This document shows, one piece after another, positions 62,806-64,000 of a stretch of 64,000 bases of DNA (position 1 is its first letter; each line of letters begins with the position of its first letter). The DNA lies in assembly GCA_963675745.2 (NCBI GenBank), contig CAXXWX010000015.1:96001-160000 (forward strand), in the 5' to 3' direction. The position numbers and the translations under genes were made by a program. Source of the stretch: Phycisphaerae bacterium. GTDB taxonomy: Bacteria; Planctomycetota; Phycisphaerae; UBA1845; Fen-1342. The notes under the pieces are model-generated. The model did no database searches, was not told where the DNA came from, and saw only the letters and a list, made by a program, of their open reading frames with translations.

Positions 62806-64000
62806 ATGTACACGTACGAATCACGTGACTTCGACGATTTGGCCGAGCAGTTGAGGCGCGGTCCTCGGCGGCTGAGGTTGCGCCAACTCGCCGCTATCGA
62901 CTTTCTGCTGTCCGTCGCCGAGAGCGATAAGTCGTATCCGTTTGACTTTGTGCGCCACGCACTGACGGGTTATCGCCGTCCGGCGATTGAGAAATCCGAT
63001 GAAGATCTGATCTCGTCCGACGGCGCCGCTCTGCGGCGCGATCTGGTGACGCTCGCCGAGGATCTGAGCGAGAACGCCGCCGTCCCGCTCGCCACCTGGC
63101 CAGACCGGTTGTACTCCGTTGCCCAGCTTGCCGAGCGTTTCGGCGTCAGCACCAAGACGATTTTCCGCTGGCGGCGGCGCGGCCTGGTCGGCTGGAAGTT
63201 TCGTTGTGAAGACCGCCGCATTCGGCTGGCCTTTCCCGAACACTGCATCAGGCGCTTCGTCGCCGAGAACGTTGATCTAGTCAATCGCGGCAGCAGCTTC
63301 TCGCAACTCACCAAGACCGAGCGCGCCGAGATCGTCAACCGCGCTCAAGCGTTGGTCGAGGACGACGAGCGAACGATCAATGCCGTGTCCAAGGTTCTGG
63401 CGGCGGAGACGGGCCGCGCCGTCGAGACGATTCGGCTGATCCTCAAGCACTTCGACGAATCACACCCCAAGGAAGGGCTGTTTAACCGCTCGGCGCTGGC
63501 ACTGGCGGTCGATGACCACCGGTTGGCGCTGTGGGAGGCCTACGTCGATGGCGCGAGTGTGGAGACGCTCGCCAAGCGGTTCGACAAGCCGGTGCGCAGC
63601 GTCTACGAAGTCATCACCGAGATGCGGGCGCGCGACCTCAAGACGCACAAGATCGAGTTCGTACCGAGTGAGGAATTCGAGCTGGAGGGCATTGAGGACG
63701 AGATCAACGAGGACGCCGCTGTCGTGGCGCCTTACGACGAGAGTTCGCGAACAAGCCGGCGCATCCCGGCGAATCTGCCACCCTACCTGCAACATCTCTT
63801 CCGCCTGCCGCTGTTGAACAAGGCTGGTGAGCAGGCCCTGTTCCGCAAGATGAACTTCCTGAAGTTCAAGGCCGACAAGCTGCGGCACGAGCTGGAGCCC
63901 GAGACATGTACCGCCGCGGAGCTGGATGCGACCGAGGCATTGCTGGAGCAGGCTAATCGGATCAAGAACCAGATCGTGCGCGCGAATCTGCGTCTGGTGG
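62806..64000 (+). CDS. Sigma-70-family RNA polymerase sigma factor with long N-terminal extension (partial, runs off the window; absent from the ORF track)
   Basis: Translated by hand from ATG 62806: MYTYESRDF...YSVAQLAERFGVSTKTIFRWRRRGL...LPPYLQHLFRLPLL...RIKNQIVRANLRLV (regions 1.2 and 2.1); TATAAT at 62642-62647. Confidence 0.88.
   Translation, partial: MYTYESRDFDDLAEQLRRGPRRLRLRQLAAIDFLLSVAESDKSYPFDFVRHALTGYRRPAIEKSDEDLISSDGAALRRDLVTLAEDLSENAAVPLATWPDRLYSVAQLAERFGVSTKTIFRWRRRGLVGWKFRCEDRRIRLAFPEHCIRRFVAENVDLVNRGSSFSQLTKTERAEIVNRAQALVEDDERTINAVSKVLAAETGRAVETIRLILKHFDESHPKEGLFNRSALALAVDDHRLALWEAYVDGASVETLAKRFDKPVRSVYEVITEMRARDLKTHKIEFVPSEEFELEGIEDEINEDAAVVAPYDESSRTSRRIPANLPPYLQHLFRLPLLNKAGEQALFRKMNFLKFKADKLRHELEPETCTAAELDATEALLEQANRIKNQIVRANLRLV

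Overview
High-GC bacterial chromosomal window. Gene content points to an anaerobic Planctomycetota (Phycisphaerae-like) genome; this is inferred from dockerin-like domains, T[S/T]QP-rich linkers and a long N-terminally extended sigma-70 factor. Housekeeping genes include rpsI, rplM, tyrA-type chorismate mutase/prephenate dehydrogenase, aroC, glnS, purC, guaB, tRNA-Arg(ACG) and tRNA-Leu(GAG). Functional clusters: (i) a peptidoglycan/amino-sugar scavenging locus (murQ, Na+:solute symporter, two GHL10 hydrolases, a large amidase, two of these with dockerin-like tails); (ii) an anaerobic nucleobase catabolism locus (PLP enzyme, ssnA-like, Moco cytidylyltransferase, preTA, fused xanthine-dehydrogenase-family molybdoenzyme, xdhC); (iii) a corrinoid methyltransfer module; (iv) a multiheme cytochrome lipoprotein with a (DPNDV)n stalk. 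Accessory DNA includes a truncated ISAs1 element and a Mrr-like nuclease islet. Two intergenic repeat families recur: GTAG/GTGG-headed REP palindromes, and octamer (AGGC[A/C]ACN)n arrays that sit right after stop codons and mostly form inverted pairs. Two tandem duplications (52/53 bp at the glnS start, 137 bp in a ChaN-family gene) may be assembly artefacts. I saw no CRISPR array, reverse transcriptase or phage genes. All family calls come from motif recognition by eye; no searches were run.
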